A DNA stretch of 63,920 nt, filler included. It is 8 parts of 8 records of this genome, joined end to end, with 100 filler letters (N's around TTAATTAATTAA, not from the genome) between each part and the next. Parts side by side here need not be neighbours in the genome. Positions count along the whole stretch, not along the records: positions 14,535 to 24,552 come from SRR31147125_37470; positions 24,653 to 38,276 come from SRR31147125_37482; 6 more parts are not named here. One strand, 5' to 3'. The number at the start of each line of letters is the position of its first letter. Position 1 is the stretch's first letter. A program made the position numbers and the translations under genes. The notes beneath the pieces were generated by a model. That model did no database searches and was not told where the DNA came from. It saw nothing but the letters and a program-made list of their open reading frames with translations. Shown here in pieces: positions 21,979 to 31,126 of this stretch.

Positions 21979-22395
21979 ATGCCTGAGGTTCTCTTTTTTC
22001 GTCTTGAGCAGCGCAATAAAGCGCTCGCGCTGTGTGAGTTGAGCGAGCGCTATTTCCAACAAGGTCGTCGGGTACTGATTATGGTGCAGGACGACAATCA
22101 AGGCGTCTCCCTTGATCGCTTCCTCTGGACCTGGAACAAGGGAAGCTTTCTGCCGCACGCTTTCGATAACGGTTCCGTCGATTGTCTGAATGAGCCGGTT
22201 GTTATTTCAACGCGACAGGGGAACCCGAACAATGCCTCTGTTCTGATTCTGGGGGCTCCATGCGAGTTCGAATTTATGAGGCAGTTCGATCTGGTGATCG
22301 ATTTTGCGGAAATTTACGACCCTCAGGAAGCTGAACGGTCACGCGACCGCTTTCGTGAATACCGGGCTCAGGGGTTCTCTCCCCAGATGCTGTAA
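21979..22395 (+). CDS. holC: DNA polymerase III chi subunit
   Basis: LDRFLWTW..SFLPH and RDRFREYR motifs. Confidence 0.9.
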   Translation: MPEVLFFRLEQRNKALALCELSERYFQQGRRVLIMVQDDNQGVSLDRFLWTWNKGSFLPHAFDNGSVDCLNEPVVISTRQGNPNNASVLILGAPCEFEFMRQFDLVIDFAEIYDPQEAERSRDRFREYRAQGFSPQML

Positions 22396-22446
22396 GCCTC
22401 TCTTTGATGGACAAATCTTTTATTATCGACGCTCCAGGAGCTTGTT

Positions 22447-23208
22447 TTGTTGACTGACAACATTGTCATCGTCCTTGTGGAACCGCAGGGTGGTTTGAAT
22501 ATCGGTTCCGTTGCCCGGGCGATGCTGAACTTTAATTTCAGGAACCTACGTCTGGTTAATCCTGAAGTGGATCATCTGTCTCGCGATGCACGACTCATGG
22601 CGGTACGGGCTGGCTCCGTTCTGGAGAACGCAACCGTCTACCCGACAATCGATGAAGCTCTCGCTGATTGTGCTGTCTGTATCGGCACGACACGGCGCTT
22701 CGGGCAATACCGTGAACGCTTCAAACATCCGGATGAAGCAGCCCAATTGCTCTTGCCGATCGCGAAACAACAACAGGTTGCGCTGGTGTTTGGTCGCGAG
22801 GATAAGGGCCTGTTTACGTCGGAGCTTGATCTGTGCCAGTACTTTCTTACGATTCCAACCAATGATGAATTGCCGTCGATGAACCTCGCTCAATCAGTTG
22901 TCGTGTGTCTCTACGAGCTGAATAAAGTCAGGGCAGAGCTGGAGAACTGCCAGCACTCTGAAGTGAAGCTGGCTGAGAACCATGAGTTGGAGGGGATGTT
23001 CCAGCATATGAAGGAGTCGTTGGTTAATATCGGCTATTTGAATCACCAGAACCCGGATCATATTTTAAGAGCATTCAGGCGGATTTTCGGGCGCTCAGAA
23101 TTGACCTCGAAAGATGTCAATATCCTTCGGGGACTTTATAATCAGATTGATCTGTACTCCGGTAAAAAGAAAACCCGGAGACAGTTAAAGGAAGAGCAGG
23201 ATGGCTGA
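22447..23208 (+). CDS. trmJ: tRNA (C32/U32) 2'-O-methyltransferase, TrmJ/SPOUT family
   Basis: NIGSVARAM.NF, VFGREDKGL, SMNLAQSV. Confidence 0.88.
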   Translation: MLTDNIVIVLVEPQGGLNIGSVARAMLNFNFRNLRLVNPEVDHLSRDARLMAVRAGSVLENATVYPTIDEALADCAVCIGTTRRFGQYRERFKHPDEAAQLLLPIAKQQQVALVFGREDKGLFTSELDLCQYFLTIPTNDELPSMNLAQSVVVCLYELNKVRAELENCQHSEVKLAENHELEGMFQHMKESLVNIGYLNHQNPDHILRAFRRIFGRSELTSKDVNILRGLYNQIDLYSGKKKTRRQLKEEQDG

Positions 23209-23599
23209 GCTGGTTCGTCAGGTCGACATCTGCGATGGAGTTCGTGCAACCTTTGCGGATGACAGTAACCGATATTTTGGGGATTACAATCGCGTTTCGG
23301 TGGCGGTTGTGGTTATTGTTCAGCTTGAAAGTGCGGGTCTCGACGAGTCTCTGATGTCAAAACTGCCTGCAGGCACAACAGAACTGAGCTACCAGACGCA
23401 ACTTGAACAGATGGGCGTGTCAACGGCAGATGTCGAAGCGGTCTTTGCAGAGCTGGTCTCCAGGTTTTTACGCAACACAGGGGATTATCTCAAGCGGCCT
23501 GTTTTTGTTGAACGGCTGGTTATGAAATACGCGGAGAAAAGATCTGCAGCGCTGCCCGTCGGGCAGAAATCATTGGAGATTAAGCCACACGGACGGTGA
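23201..23599 (+). CDS. Hypothetical protein
   Basis: Overlaps the trmJ stop; DDSNRYFGDYNRV and LEQMGV segments; no family recognised. Confidence 0.7.
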   Translation: MAELVRQVDICDGVRATFADDSNRYFGDYNRVSVAVVVIVQLESAGLDESLMSKLPAGTTELSYQTQLEQMGVSTADVEAVFAELVSRFLRNTGDYLKRPVFVERLVMKYAEKRSAALPVGQKSLEIKPHGR

Positions 23600-23607
23600 T
23601 TTTTTGC

Positions 23608-23636
23608 TTGCCTTTTAAAGCATCAAATGCTATCTA
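23608..23636 (+). promoter_or_regulatory. Sigma70-type promoter for rimP-nusA
   Basis: TTGCCT-17 bp-TATCTA with TG extension. Confidence 0.5.
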
Positions 23637-23655
23637 CCCTTTGATTCATCTTTAG

Positions 23656-23683
23656 AAAGTGAGCCCTGCGGCTCGCTTTTTTT
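23656..23683 (+). promoter_or_regulatory. rimP leader terminator/attenuator hairpin
   Basis: AAAGTGAGCC-ctgc-GGCTCGCTTT+T tract in the rimP 5' leader; short leader terminators upstream of rimP-nusA are widely conserved. Confidence 0.65.
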
Positions 23684-23728
23684 ATTATCTGTTTTCGATG
23701 AATGCCCTTGTGAGGTTTTCGGTTAGAT

Positions 23729-24211
23729 ATGGGACAGCTGGTAGAAAAAATAGAAACTCTGATTCAACCGATTGTTGATGATCTCGGGTTTGAGCTGGTC
23801 GACCTTGAGTATCAGAGAGAACAGCGTGGTTGGACGTTGAGACTGTTTTTAGATAAAGAAGGCGGGATCACCCTGGATAACTGCGCTGAAGCCAGTCGTG
23901 AAATCAGCACCTTGCTGGATGTGGAAGATGTCATTCCGAATGCTTATAATCTTGAAGTGTCATCTCCCGGTCTTGAGCGCCCGTTGAAAAAGCTGTCTGA
24001 TTTTGAGCGGTTTGTTGGAGAGTTGGTGAAAATAAAGACCTGGGAGGGGATTGAAGTTGACGACAGTGGGAAGAAGCCGAAGTCTTTTTCGGGTCATCTC
24101 GCCGGCGTGGAAGAGCAGGAAATACGACTGAAGCTGGATGATAAGCGTGAGCGGGAAATCAGAATCGCTTACTCAAATGTCAGCAAGGCAAACCTTCAGT
24201 TTGAATTTTGA
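23729..24211 (+). CDS. rimP: Ribosome maturation factor RimP
   Basis: LEVSSPGLERPL; upstream of nusA. Confidence 0.96.
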   Translation: MGQLVEKIETLIQPIVDDLGFELVDLEYQREQRGWTLRLFLDKEGGITLDNCAEASREISTLLDVEDVIPNAYNLEVSSPGLERPLKKLSDFERFVGELVKIKTWEGIEVDDSGKKPKSFSGHLAGVEEQEIRLKLDDKREREIRIAYSNVSKANLQFEF

Positions 24212-24276
24212 TATAGAAACAACGATGAAACGGCCATATACAAATGGGCCAATACAACTAAAAGGGGTGTAGCAAG

Positions 24277-24552
24277 ATGGTGGGAAACCTCAATCACATC
24301 ATTGATCAGGTTGTTAAAGATAAAGGTATTGACCGTGATGTGTTAATTGAAGCACTGGAATCGGCAGTTTTATCCGCTGCAAACAAGAAATTCAGAAACA
24401 CGCGTGATCTTGAAGCTCATTTCAATGACGAGATCGGCGAGGTTGAAGTGTTCGAGTTTGTCACTGTCGTTGACGAAGTTATCGACTCCTATAAAGAAAT
24501 CGATATCGAAGAAGCCAAAGAGGTTGACCCGGATGTCGAAATTGGTGACTCC
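24277..24552 (+). CDS. nusA: Transcription factor NusA, 3' truncated
   Basis: DKGIDRDVLIEALESA N-terminus; follows rimP. Confidence 0.93.
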
Positions 24553-24652
24553 NNNNNNNNNNNNNNNNNNNNNNNNNNNNNNNNNNNNNNNNNNNNTTAA
24601 TTAATTAANNNNNNNNNNNNNNNNNNNNNNNNNNNNNNNNNNNNNNNNNNNN
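24553..24652. other. Artificial contig spacer
   Basis: Same linker. Confidence 0.99.
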
Positions 24653-24739
24653 TCGCCGTCATCGACGAAAATTAAATCGCACTGCGATTGGACGCCGGAC
24701 GAGGGACAAAAGATACGCATGATATATCTATATATACTT

Positions 24740-25558
24740 CTAACACGCATAAAAGCGGCGCTTTTGCGCGTTGAGATATTCGCGCAGCATCGGCTCCGTG
24801 TTGAATGTCTTTTTAAGGGCGTCATACATTTCACGCGCCTGCCGCGCGCGACTATCATTATAAGCGCTTTTTACAGCCCTGAGCATCACATTTTTGGGCG
24901 TTTGTTGGGTCGGAACAAATTCAAACAGGCTGATCTGATAACCCGCTTCCTCAAGTATCAGGCTCCGCATGGTATCCGACAGCATATCGGCAACCCTTTC
25001 CTTATAGACGCTGTGGCGCGTTGCTGCGACAAGTGGGTGCTTTTTTATATTGGCCCGAATCGTGTGCTGGCAGCAGGAAACCGTCAAGATAAATTTAGCC
25101 TGCTCAGCAATGCCTTTTGCAATCGTCATATCCGTCGCCGTATCGCACGCGTGCAGGCTGTAGATGATATCCGGCGCAACTGCCGGCTTGATCTGAAAAA
25201 TATCGTCGCAGATAAAGTGCATATTATCCAGTCCCAGGCTTTTCGCCGCATTTTTCGACTGTTCTATCACATGCCGGTTTATATCAATGCATGTAAAATC
25301 GGCCTTGATATTCAGTTTATTTTGCAAATAGTAGTTTGTAATAAAAGACAAGTAACTTTTGCCGCAGGCACAGTCCACAAGTGAGAGCGTCCGCTTTGTA
25401 GACAAGCTTTTGACGGCCTTTTCGATATGAACTAAAAAGTCAAAAACCTGACGGTGTTTGTTTTCCCGGAGCTTATAGGGCCGTCCGTCTTTGTTGGACA
25501 ATCCGATGGCGGAATAGATGGTTTGAAGCTGAGCCGGGCTGATGTTTATTGGATTCAT
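24740..25558 (-). CDS. SAM-dependent methyltransferase (Methyltransf_32-like)
   Basis: VDCACGKSYLSF, SLHACDTATD, SCCQH, TPKNVMLRA; AGGAGAGG RBS before ATG 25558. Confidence 0.88.
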   Translation of the reverse strand: MNPINISPAQLQTIYSAIGLSNKDGRPYKLRENKHRQVFDFLVHIEKAVKSLSTKRTLSLVDCACGKSYLSFITNYYLQNKLNIKADFTCIDINRHVIEQSKNAAKSLGLDNMHFICDDIFQIKPAVAPDIIYSLHACDTATDMTIAKGIAEQAKFILTVSCCQHTIRANIKKHPLVAATRHSVYKERVADMLSDTMRSLILEEAGYQISLFEFVPTQQTPKNVMLRAVKSAYNDSRARQAREMYDALKKTFNTEPMLREYLNAQKRRFYAC

Positions 25559-25594
25559 ATTATACCTCTCCTGGCGTTTTTGTTTTGACGCATG

Positions 25595-25781
25595 AAAAAA
25601 ACAGCGCGAAGAAAAAAACATCAACCGACTAATCAGGAGCACAGCGCTATAACCGCAACAAACGTTACGGCTTCCCGATTAATCAATTGATCAGCTTTCT
25701 TCTCCGTGCTGCTTAAGGCACAATATGAGCTTAAGACGCCGGACTTTATTCCACCTTTCGGTTATGCATTTATTTATTATC
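25595..25781 (-). ncRNA. Candidate structured leader RNA (long G.U-rich rod hairpin + U tract)
   Basis: Lies between the promoter at 25788-25816 and the methyltransferase; about 35 paired positions, with non-Watson-Crick pairs almost all G.U on the minus strand. Confidence 0.55.
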
Positions 25782-25787
25782 GGTAAG

Positions 25788-25816
25788 ATTATAACAATAA
25801 AAGTAATAAATAGCAA
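25788..25816 (-). promoter_or_regulatory. SigA-type promoter for the methyltransferase leader
   Basis: TTGCTA-17 bp-TATAAT with TG extended -10 on the minus strand. Confidence 0.7.
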
Positions 25817-25939
25817 TAGTGTGAGTTACGCGTTATTGAATAGAGTCGGGAACAGCTTGTCGTGTGCTTAAGGCCCAATGTTCACATTGGATCGTTTCCT
25901 GTTTTGTGAAATATAACTTAAAATCAACATCAGGTTAAT

Positions 25940-26008
25940 GGGCGGATATAGAATCCGCCCCTACTTCATAATTTATCGCAATCGTAGGGGCAGATTCCAT
26001 ATCTGCCC
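25940..26008. repeat. Inverted doublet of GTAG-type REP sequences
   Basis: GTAGGGGCGGATTCTATATCCGCCC (minus, 25940-25964) and GTAGGGGCAGATTCCATATCTGCCC (plus, 25984-26008). Confidence 0.75.
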
Positions 26009-26115
26009 TATTTAATCAGCTGCCCATTCAGGCCTTCCCAAGGCTTCCGACAGGCTTTATAGCTTGTTTGTCACTTCACCTATAAAAGCGCTTACAATTT
26101 ATTATCATGCCACAA

Positions 26116-26144
26116 TTGACAAAAACTCTTTTAGAAACTAGAAT
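26116..26144 (+). promoter_or_regulatory. SigA promoter of the flavin oxidoreductase
   Basis: TTGACA-17 bp-TAGAAT. Confidence 0.7.
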
Positions 26145-26194
26145 AATTTAGTACAATGCATCGGTTACCGCAATACGAAAGGGGTTATTGACAT

Positions 26195-28138
26195 ATGAGT
26201 CAGCTGAAGTATCCGCATCTTTTCACGCCAATAAAAATCGCCGGAACGCTGTTTCGGAACAGGCTGTTTGCCGCACCGCAGGGGTATTACAATATCGCTC
26301 CCGACCTGTTCCCCAATGACGACATGACCGGCTTTTATGAAATGAAGGCCAAGGGCGGCTGCGCGTCCGTCTGTATTGGCGACTGCATGGTCGATTGGAA
26401 GGACGGACGGCATTACGACTGGCTTTTCCCCATAAACGATCCTAAAATGCAGCCGGGCTTTTCTAAAGTTGCCAGCGCCATCACGCGTCACGGTGCGGTA
26501 GCATCCGTTGAGCTGTCCCACGCGGGCATGTACTCGCACGCGTCGCACGACGCCGGGTCGCAGCTGTACGGTCCTGTTGAGATGGACAATAAATACGGCC
26601 ACGTTCTTGAAATGCCTGAGGACATGATCTTACATATCATTGAGGCATACGGCATCGCCGCCGCCCGGGCCAAGCAGTACGGCTTTGGGATGGTGACGAT
26701 CCACGGCGGGCACGGCTGGCTGCTCCCTCAGTTCTGGTCCAAGCAGATTAACACGCGTACGGACAAGTGGGGCGGCAGCTTTGAAAACCGCATGCGGCTG
26801 CCTCTGGCCGTTGTCGAAAGCATCCGCAAGGCCGTCGGGAAAAACTTCCCCATCGAATTCCGCATGAGCGGTTCGGAGACAAGCCCCGACGGGTACGACA
26901 TCGACGAGGGCATTGAGTTTGCCAAGGCGCTTGACGGCCACGTCGATATCATCCATGTATCAACCGGCAACCACGAGGTGGAGTCGGCGACCATTATTAC
27001 ACATCCTAGCATGTTCCTGCCGGACGGCGTCAACCTTAAATACGCCGCTGCTATTAAGCAGCAGGTTAAAACCCCTGTCGCAACCGTCGGCGCCTACACG
27101 GACCCGGACCTGATGGAAGAGATTTTAGCGTCCGGCCAGGCCGACATTATCAATCTGGGCCGCCAGACACTGGCAGACCCAGAGCTGGCGTTCAAGGCGC
27201 GGTCAGGCCGTGAGGATGAAATCCGAAAATGTCTGCGCTGTTCAACGTGCTTTGCCAGCGCCGGTGCATACCGCACCTTCTACTGTGCTGTCAATCCCGT
27301 TATCGGACATGAGAAAGAGGCTATGTTCCTGCCGCCCGCCGCTGAGAAAAAAGACGTGCTCGTCGTCGGCGGCGGCGTTGCCGGCATGCAGGCGGCCCTG
27401 ACAGCGTCCGAGCGCGGCCACAATGTCGTGCTGTGCGAAAAGGGCGACCGGCTCGGCGGCGTGCTGCTGTGCGAGGAGCACATCTCATTTAAACAGAAAC
27501 TAAAAGACTATCTTGAGACGCAAAGCCATGTGCTGGCCAAATCGGCCGTCGATATCCGTCTGGGTACTACCGTTACACCGGATTACGCAAACCAGCTGCG
27601 CCCCGACGTTATTATAGCCGCCCTCGGTTCGCGCCCTGTCAAGCCGCCGATTAAGGGTATTGATTCACCGAACGTCGTCAGCGCTGAAGATGTCTACTAC
27701 CATCCTGAAAAGGCCGGCCAATCGATTATCATCCTGGGCGGCGGCCTCGTCGGCGTCGAGCTTGGCATCCATCTGGCCATGCAGGAACGGTCGGTCACGA
27801 TCATTGAGATGATGCCAAAGCTGTCGGTTGATCCATTCAGCATGCATACCCTGGCGCTGCTGGAGCAGATCGACAAACTCGGCATCACGGTCCACACGTC
27901 GACGGCAGCCAAGGAAATCACCACCTCCGGCGTTTCAGCCGAGACCGCCGACGGCCCGCTTTTACTCAATGCCGACACGGTAATCTACGCCATCGGCCAA
28001 AAACCGCTCGGGGACGAGGCCATCGAGCTGCGCGAGTGCGCCGCGGAATTTTACCAGATCGGGGACTGTGTCACACCGAAAAACATTCTTACCGCCACAC
28101 AGGCCGCCTGGACCATCGCGCGGGATATCGGACGATAA
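26195..28138 (+). CDS. NADH:flavin oxidoreductase (OYE/2,4-dienoyl-CoA reductase/BaiCD-BaiH-like) with Fe-S and FAD domains
   Basis: TIM-barrel motifs (HGGHGWLL, NTRTDKWGGSFENRMR), CLRCSTC..C cluster, two GxGxxG motifs. Confidence 0.9.
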   Translation: MSQLKYPHLFTPIKIAGTLFRNRLFAAPQGYYNIAPDLFPNDDMTGFYEMKAKGGCASVCIGDCMVDWKDGRHYDWLFPINDPKMQPGFSKVASAITRHGAVASVELSHAGMYSHASHDAGSQLYGPVEMDNKYGHVLEMPEDMILHIIEAYGIAAARAKQYGFGMVTIHGGHGWLLPQFWSKQINTRTDKWGGSFENRMRLPLAVVESIRKAVGKNFPIEFRMSGSETSPDGYDIDEGIEFAKALDGHVDIIHVSTGNHEVESATIITHPSMFLPDGVNLKYAAAIKQQVKTPVATVGAYTDPDLMEEILASGQADIINLGRQTLADPELAFKARSGREDEIRKCLRCSTCFASAGAYRTFYCAVNPVIGHEKEAMFLPPAAEKKDVLVVGGGVAGMQAALTASERGHNVVLCEKGDRLGGVLLCEEHISFKQKLKDYLETQSHVLAKSAVDIRLGTTVTPDYANQLRPDVIIAALGSRPVKPPIKGIDSPNVVSAEDVYYHPEKAGQSIIILGGGLVGVELGIHLAMQERSVTIIEMMPKLSVDPFSMHTLALLEQIDKLGITVHTSTAAKEITTSGVSAETADGPLLLNADTVIYAIGQKPLGDEAIELRECAAEFYQIGDCVTPKNILTATQAAWTIARDIGR

Positions 28139-28161
28139 GTCCATATAATTATGCATTATAG

Positions 28162-28204
28162 AAAGGCCGCCTGATACCTTAAACGGTTATCAGGCGGCCT
28201 TTTT
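28162..28204. terminator. Bidirectional intrinsic terminator
   Basis: AAAGGCCGCCTGATA...TATCAGGCGGCCTTTTT between convergent genes. Confidence 0.8.
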
Positions 28205-28236
28205 ATATAAATCCGGATTGTCGGCAATGAAATCCG

Positions 28237-28989
28237 CTAACATCCGGATTCCAGAAACCGCTCTATTTCGCTGTTGAAAGCCGACGGATTATCCATATTG
28301 AGCAGATGATGAGCGCCGGGGATCACAGCAAACTCAGAACGCTCAATCAGTTCATGAAGCGCCTGCCCCTGCAGGTGTGTCTGCTTGTTGCATTCCCCCA
28401 CTAATATCAGCGTTCTATTTTTAATTGCGCCGAGTCTTCCTTTGGATTCATAAGAAAGCGCCGCCGACATTACACGCCGGCTTTGACGGATATCATAAGC
28501 GCCTATCTCTTTGGCGATAAAATGCCGGACATCATCATGCAGCTTTCCATAGGTATTTTTCGACATGCTTACCAGCTGCTTTTTCGTCATGAGCTGTAAA
28601 AGCAGCTTAGCCGACGCGGAAGATATATTCTCCCATATATTCGTCCGCGTCCCGTAAGATGTTTCCGCAAGGATCAGGCAACCGACGCGCTCCGGATAGG
28701 TCAGGACAAGCTCCTGCGCGACCATTCCGCCTAGCGAATGTCCAATCAAATGAAAGCAATGAATCCCGAGCTTTTCAAGCAGCTCAACAACGGCGGCGCT
28801 GATTGTCTGCACACTGAATTCGGGAAGGTTCGATTCCAATGACTGGCCGTGCTCCGGCAGATCAATGGCAAGCACTCTGTAGCGCTCCTTAAAATAACGA
28901 ACCTGATGATCCCACATTCTCAAGCCGACAAGCGCTCCATGCAGGAACACTATCGTTTCACCTGCACCGGTTATTTCATAATGCAGCAT
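28237..28989 (-). CDS. Alpha/beta hydrolase
   Basis: VFLHG oxyanion motif, GHSLGG nucleophile elbow, C-terminal AHH. Confidence 0.9.
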   Translation of the reverse strand: MLHYEITGAGETIVFLHGALVGLRMWDHQVRYFKERYRVLAIDLPEHGQSLESNLPEFSVQTISAAVVELLEKLGIHCFHLIGHSLGGMVAQELVLTYPERVGCLILAETSYGTRTNIWENISSASAKLLLQLMTKKQLVSMSKNTYGKLHDDVRHFIAKEIGAYDIRQSRRVMSAALSYESKGRLGAIKNRTLILVGECNKQTHLQGQALHELIERSEFAVIPGAHHLLNMDNPSAFNSEIERFLESGC

Positions 28990-29012
28990 ATATCCAACGC
29001 CTCACAGCACAC

Positions 29013-29423
29013 TTATTCACCCGACGCTATGCTCTCGTTAAAATAATTCTTAATATCCGCGTCGCAGCCCATAATGTGATGGATCAGCCAGTTCGTCATC
29101 ATCCGGTTAACCGTTTTGACCGTATCCGTCGTCACGCCCCAGTCGCTGATCTCCTGACGGATATCGGCCATACGCTTTCTAAACCGGTCGTGCTGCTGCT
29201 TATGCTTTTTATAATGAGGATAGGATAGCTGAAGCTGTAGCGCTTCTTCATCGCTGAAATGCTCAAAGGTGTACTTTTTGAGAAAATCCAGCAGACGGAG
29301 GACCTCTTCGTCGCCCTTGCCCTGAATACAGGCGTTGTAGAAATCATCAAGCATGCCGCATATTTCCTTATGCTGCCGGTCGATCTCGGGGATGCCGATC
29401 TCGATGCTGTCTTTCCATGTCAT
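29013..29423 (-). CDS. Bacteriohemerythrin
   Basis: W..SIEIGIPEIDRQH, HFSDEE, HKQQH, WLIHHI..D di-iron ligands. Confidence 0.93.
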   Translation of the reverse strand: MTWKDSIEIGIPEIDRQHKEICGMLDDFYNACIQGKGDEEVLRLLDFLKKYTFEHFSDEEALQLQLSYPHYKKHKQQHDRFRKRMADIRQEISDWGVTTDTVKTVNRMMTNWLIHHIMGCDADIKNYFNESIASGE

Positions 29424-29610
29424 AGTACAACCTCCCATCCGTCATTTTTTGACGTGTTTTATCCAGCATAACATAATTTTGTTACATTTTGCAATCTTTT
29501 GTAAACAATAATTTAGTTTTTCAAGCTCCTCAAGAAATCAGCGAACAACAAACATTATTGCTAAATTGACACTGCGAGCAACTCTGTGCGGAAGCTTTTT
29601 TGACAGTTTA

Positions 29611-29638
29611 AAAGCAGGGGCTTTACCGCCCCTGTTTT
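29611..29638 (-). terminator. Intrinsic terminator after the GNAT gene
   Basis: AAAGCAGGGGG-ctttaccg-CCCCTGTTTT hairpin. Confidence 0.65.
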
Positions 29639-29686
29639 AGTTTTTCTCTAATGTTTTATGAATCATACGGCCCTGCTGCGGTTAAT

Positions 29687-30271
29687 TTACGCTGAATTGC
29701 GCCGGACGGTGTGTGTTTCCGGTATATAGCAATTAGTTGTCAGTCTTGTATCAACATTGTTTGGTATAGAGACATAAAAGAGATACTGCTTGCTTTTATA
29801 TTGATGCAGCCCCATATAGTTCATACCCATTTTCTCCATGACCCGGATAGAAGCCTTATTATTCGGGTCAGCCATACCAAAAATCGAATCTAAATCGTTG
29901 TCTATAGCCGCCGCCTTTAAAACAGCCTGCCCAATTTCCGTACCATACCCAAGTCCCTGAAACGGTACGCCAAGCTGGCAAATTAACTCCGGACGTTTAG
30001 GCAGGTAGGGGTTTAAGCCTACTAAACCAATCAGTAAATCGTCCGATTTGCGTATACAGGCGCCATGCATGCGTGAATAAGGACCTGAGCTTCTCATACG
30101 CATAAATTCAATATATCTTTTTGTCCGTTCGATTAACCACGGCGCATCGCCGGTATAGGTATGCATGCGGCTATCCGACATGATCTGCTGCAAAACATCC
30201 ACATCATCAAACTCCCATTGCCTGATGTACAGTCTTTCGGATTCGAGATAAATGTTGCTCATATCCATCAT
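29687..30271 (-). CDS. GNAT (RimJ/RimL-like) acetyltransferase
   Basis: LESERLYIR, FQGLGYGTE, NKASIRVMEKMGM. Confidence 0.88.
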   Translation of the reverse strand: MMDMSNIYLESERLYIRQWEFDDVDVLQQIMSDSRMHTYTGDAPWLIERTKRYIEFMRMRSSGPYSRMHGACIRKSDDLLIGLVGLNPYLPKRPELICQLGVPFQGLGYGTEIGQAVLKAAAIDNDLDSIFGMADPNNKASIRVMEKMGMNYMGLHQYKSKQYLFYVSIPNNVDTRLTTNCYIPETHTVRRNSA

Positions 30272-30440
30272 CTCCCTATAAAATGCTTTTGGTTATATCA
30301 ATAACCCCTTACAGTATTTATCGCACTTTATTTGTGCATAGTTAACAGTTTGTTTAAAATTGGCGCCATCTTTTTTAAAGTTAAATTTTTTCACCCCGGG
30401 GTCTTGAAAAAATGAGTCAACAGCATACAATATAACCAGA

Positions 30441-30470
30441 TTGACCAATTCGGTTAAACCGAAACGGTTT
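30441..30470. promoter_or_regulatory. Tandem palindromic operators, probably for the TetR regulator
   Basis: TTGACCAATTCGGTTAA overlapping AAACCG-aaa-CGGTTT, downstream of TTGAAA-16-TACAAT. Confidence 0.5.
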
Positions 30471-30502
30471 ATCCAAGCCTGTCTACCCACGGAGGTCATA
30501 TT

Positions 30503-31126
30503 ATGAACGAAAAATTCTATGAACTGCCGGAGGAAAAACGCCTGCGGATCATCAACGCCGGTTTTGAGGTTTTTGCACAAAGTGAGTATAAAAAGGCCTC
30601 AACGGAAGAAATCGCCGCAAAGGCCGGCATTTCAAAGGGACTGCTATTTTACTATTTCCATAATAAAAAGGCTCTGTTTCTTTTTTTGTACGATTATGCG
30701 TACAAAACCATTACGGAAAATGTCGTGGATGAGCAATTCTCGGAGATTACAGACGTTTTCGAACTAGTGGCGTATGCCGCTGAGCGCAAATACAGGCTTC
30801 TTGTGCTCAGTCCTTATATCACAGATTTTGTGATGCGCGCTTTCTATTCTCAAAAGGAGCCGGTTTCCGAGGAACTGAACCAAAAATTTAATGATGCCAC
30901 AGCGGATATATTTGCATCCTACTTCGCTAAAATGGATTTTTCCAATTTCAAGGACAGCATCAATCCCATTGAAATCATCCAAATGATGATGTGGATGGCC
31001 GACGGTTATCTGCACGAACAACAGCGGACCGGCGCACCGCTTGATCTCGATACACTGATGGATAAATTCAAAATCTGGGCCGATTTCTTTAAAAAAGCTT
31101 CTTATAAGGAGGAACATCTCGTATGA
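30503..31126 (+). CDS. TetR/AcrR-family regulator
   Basis: ASTEEIAAKAGISKGLLFYYFHNK HTH. Confidence 0.93.
   Translation: MNEKFYELPEEKRLRIINAGFEVFAQSEYKKASTEEIAAKAGISKGLLFYYFHNKKALFLFLYDYAYKTITENVVDEQFSEITDVFELVAYAAERKYRLLVLSPYITDFVMRAFYSQKEPVSEELNQKFNDATADIFASYFAKMDFSNFKDSINPIEIIQMMMWMADGYLHEQQRTGAPLDLDTLMDKFKIWADFFKKASYKEEHLV

Noticed and set aside
24653-24720. Start of an ORF (MRIFCPSSG...) downstream of the methyltransferase
   Set aside because: Only about 22 codons before the contig end; cannot be supported or assigned.
25595-25781. Leader as T-box, SAM-I, 6S, SRP RNA or tracrRNA
   Set aside because: The diagnostic consensus motifs are not present and no cas genes are in the contig; kept as an unassigned candidate.
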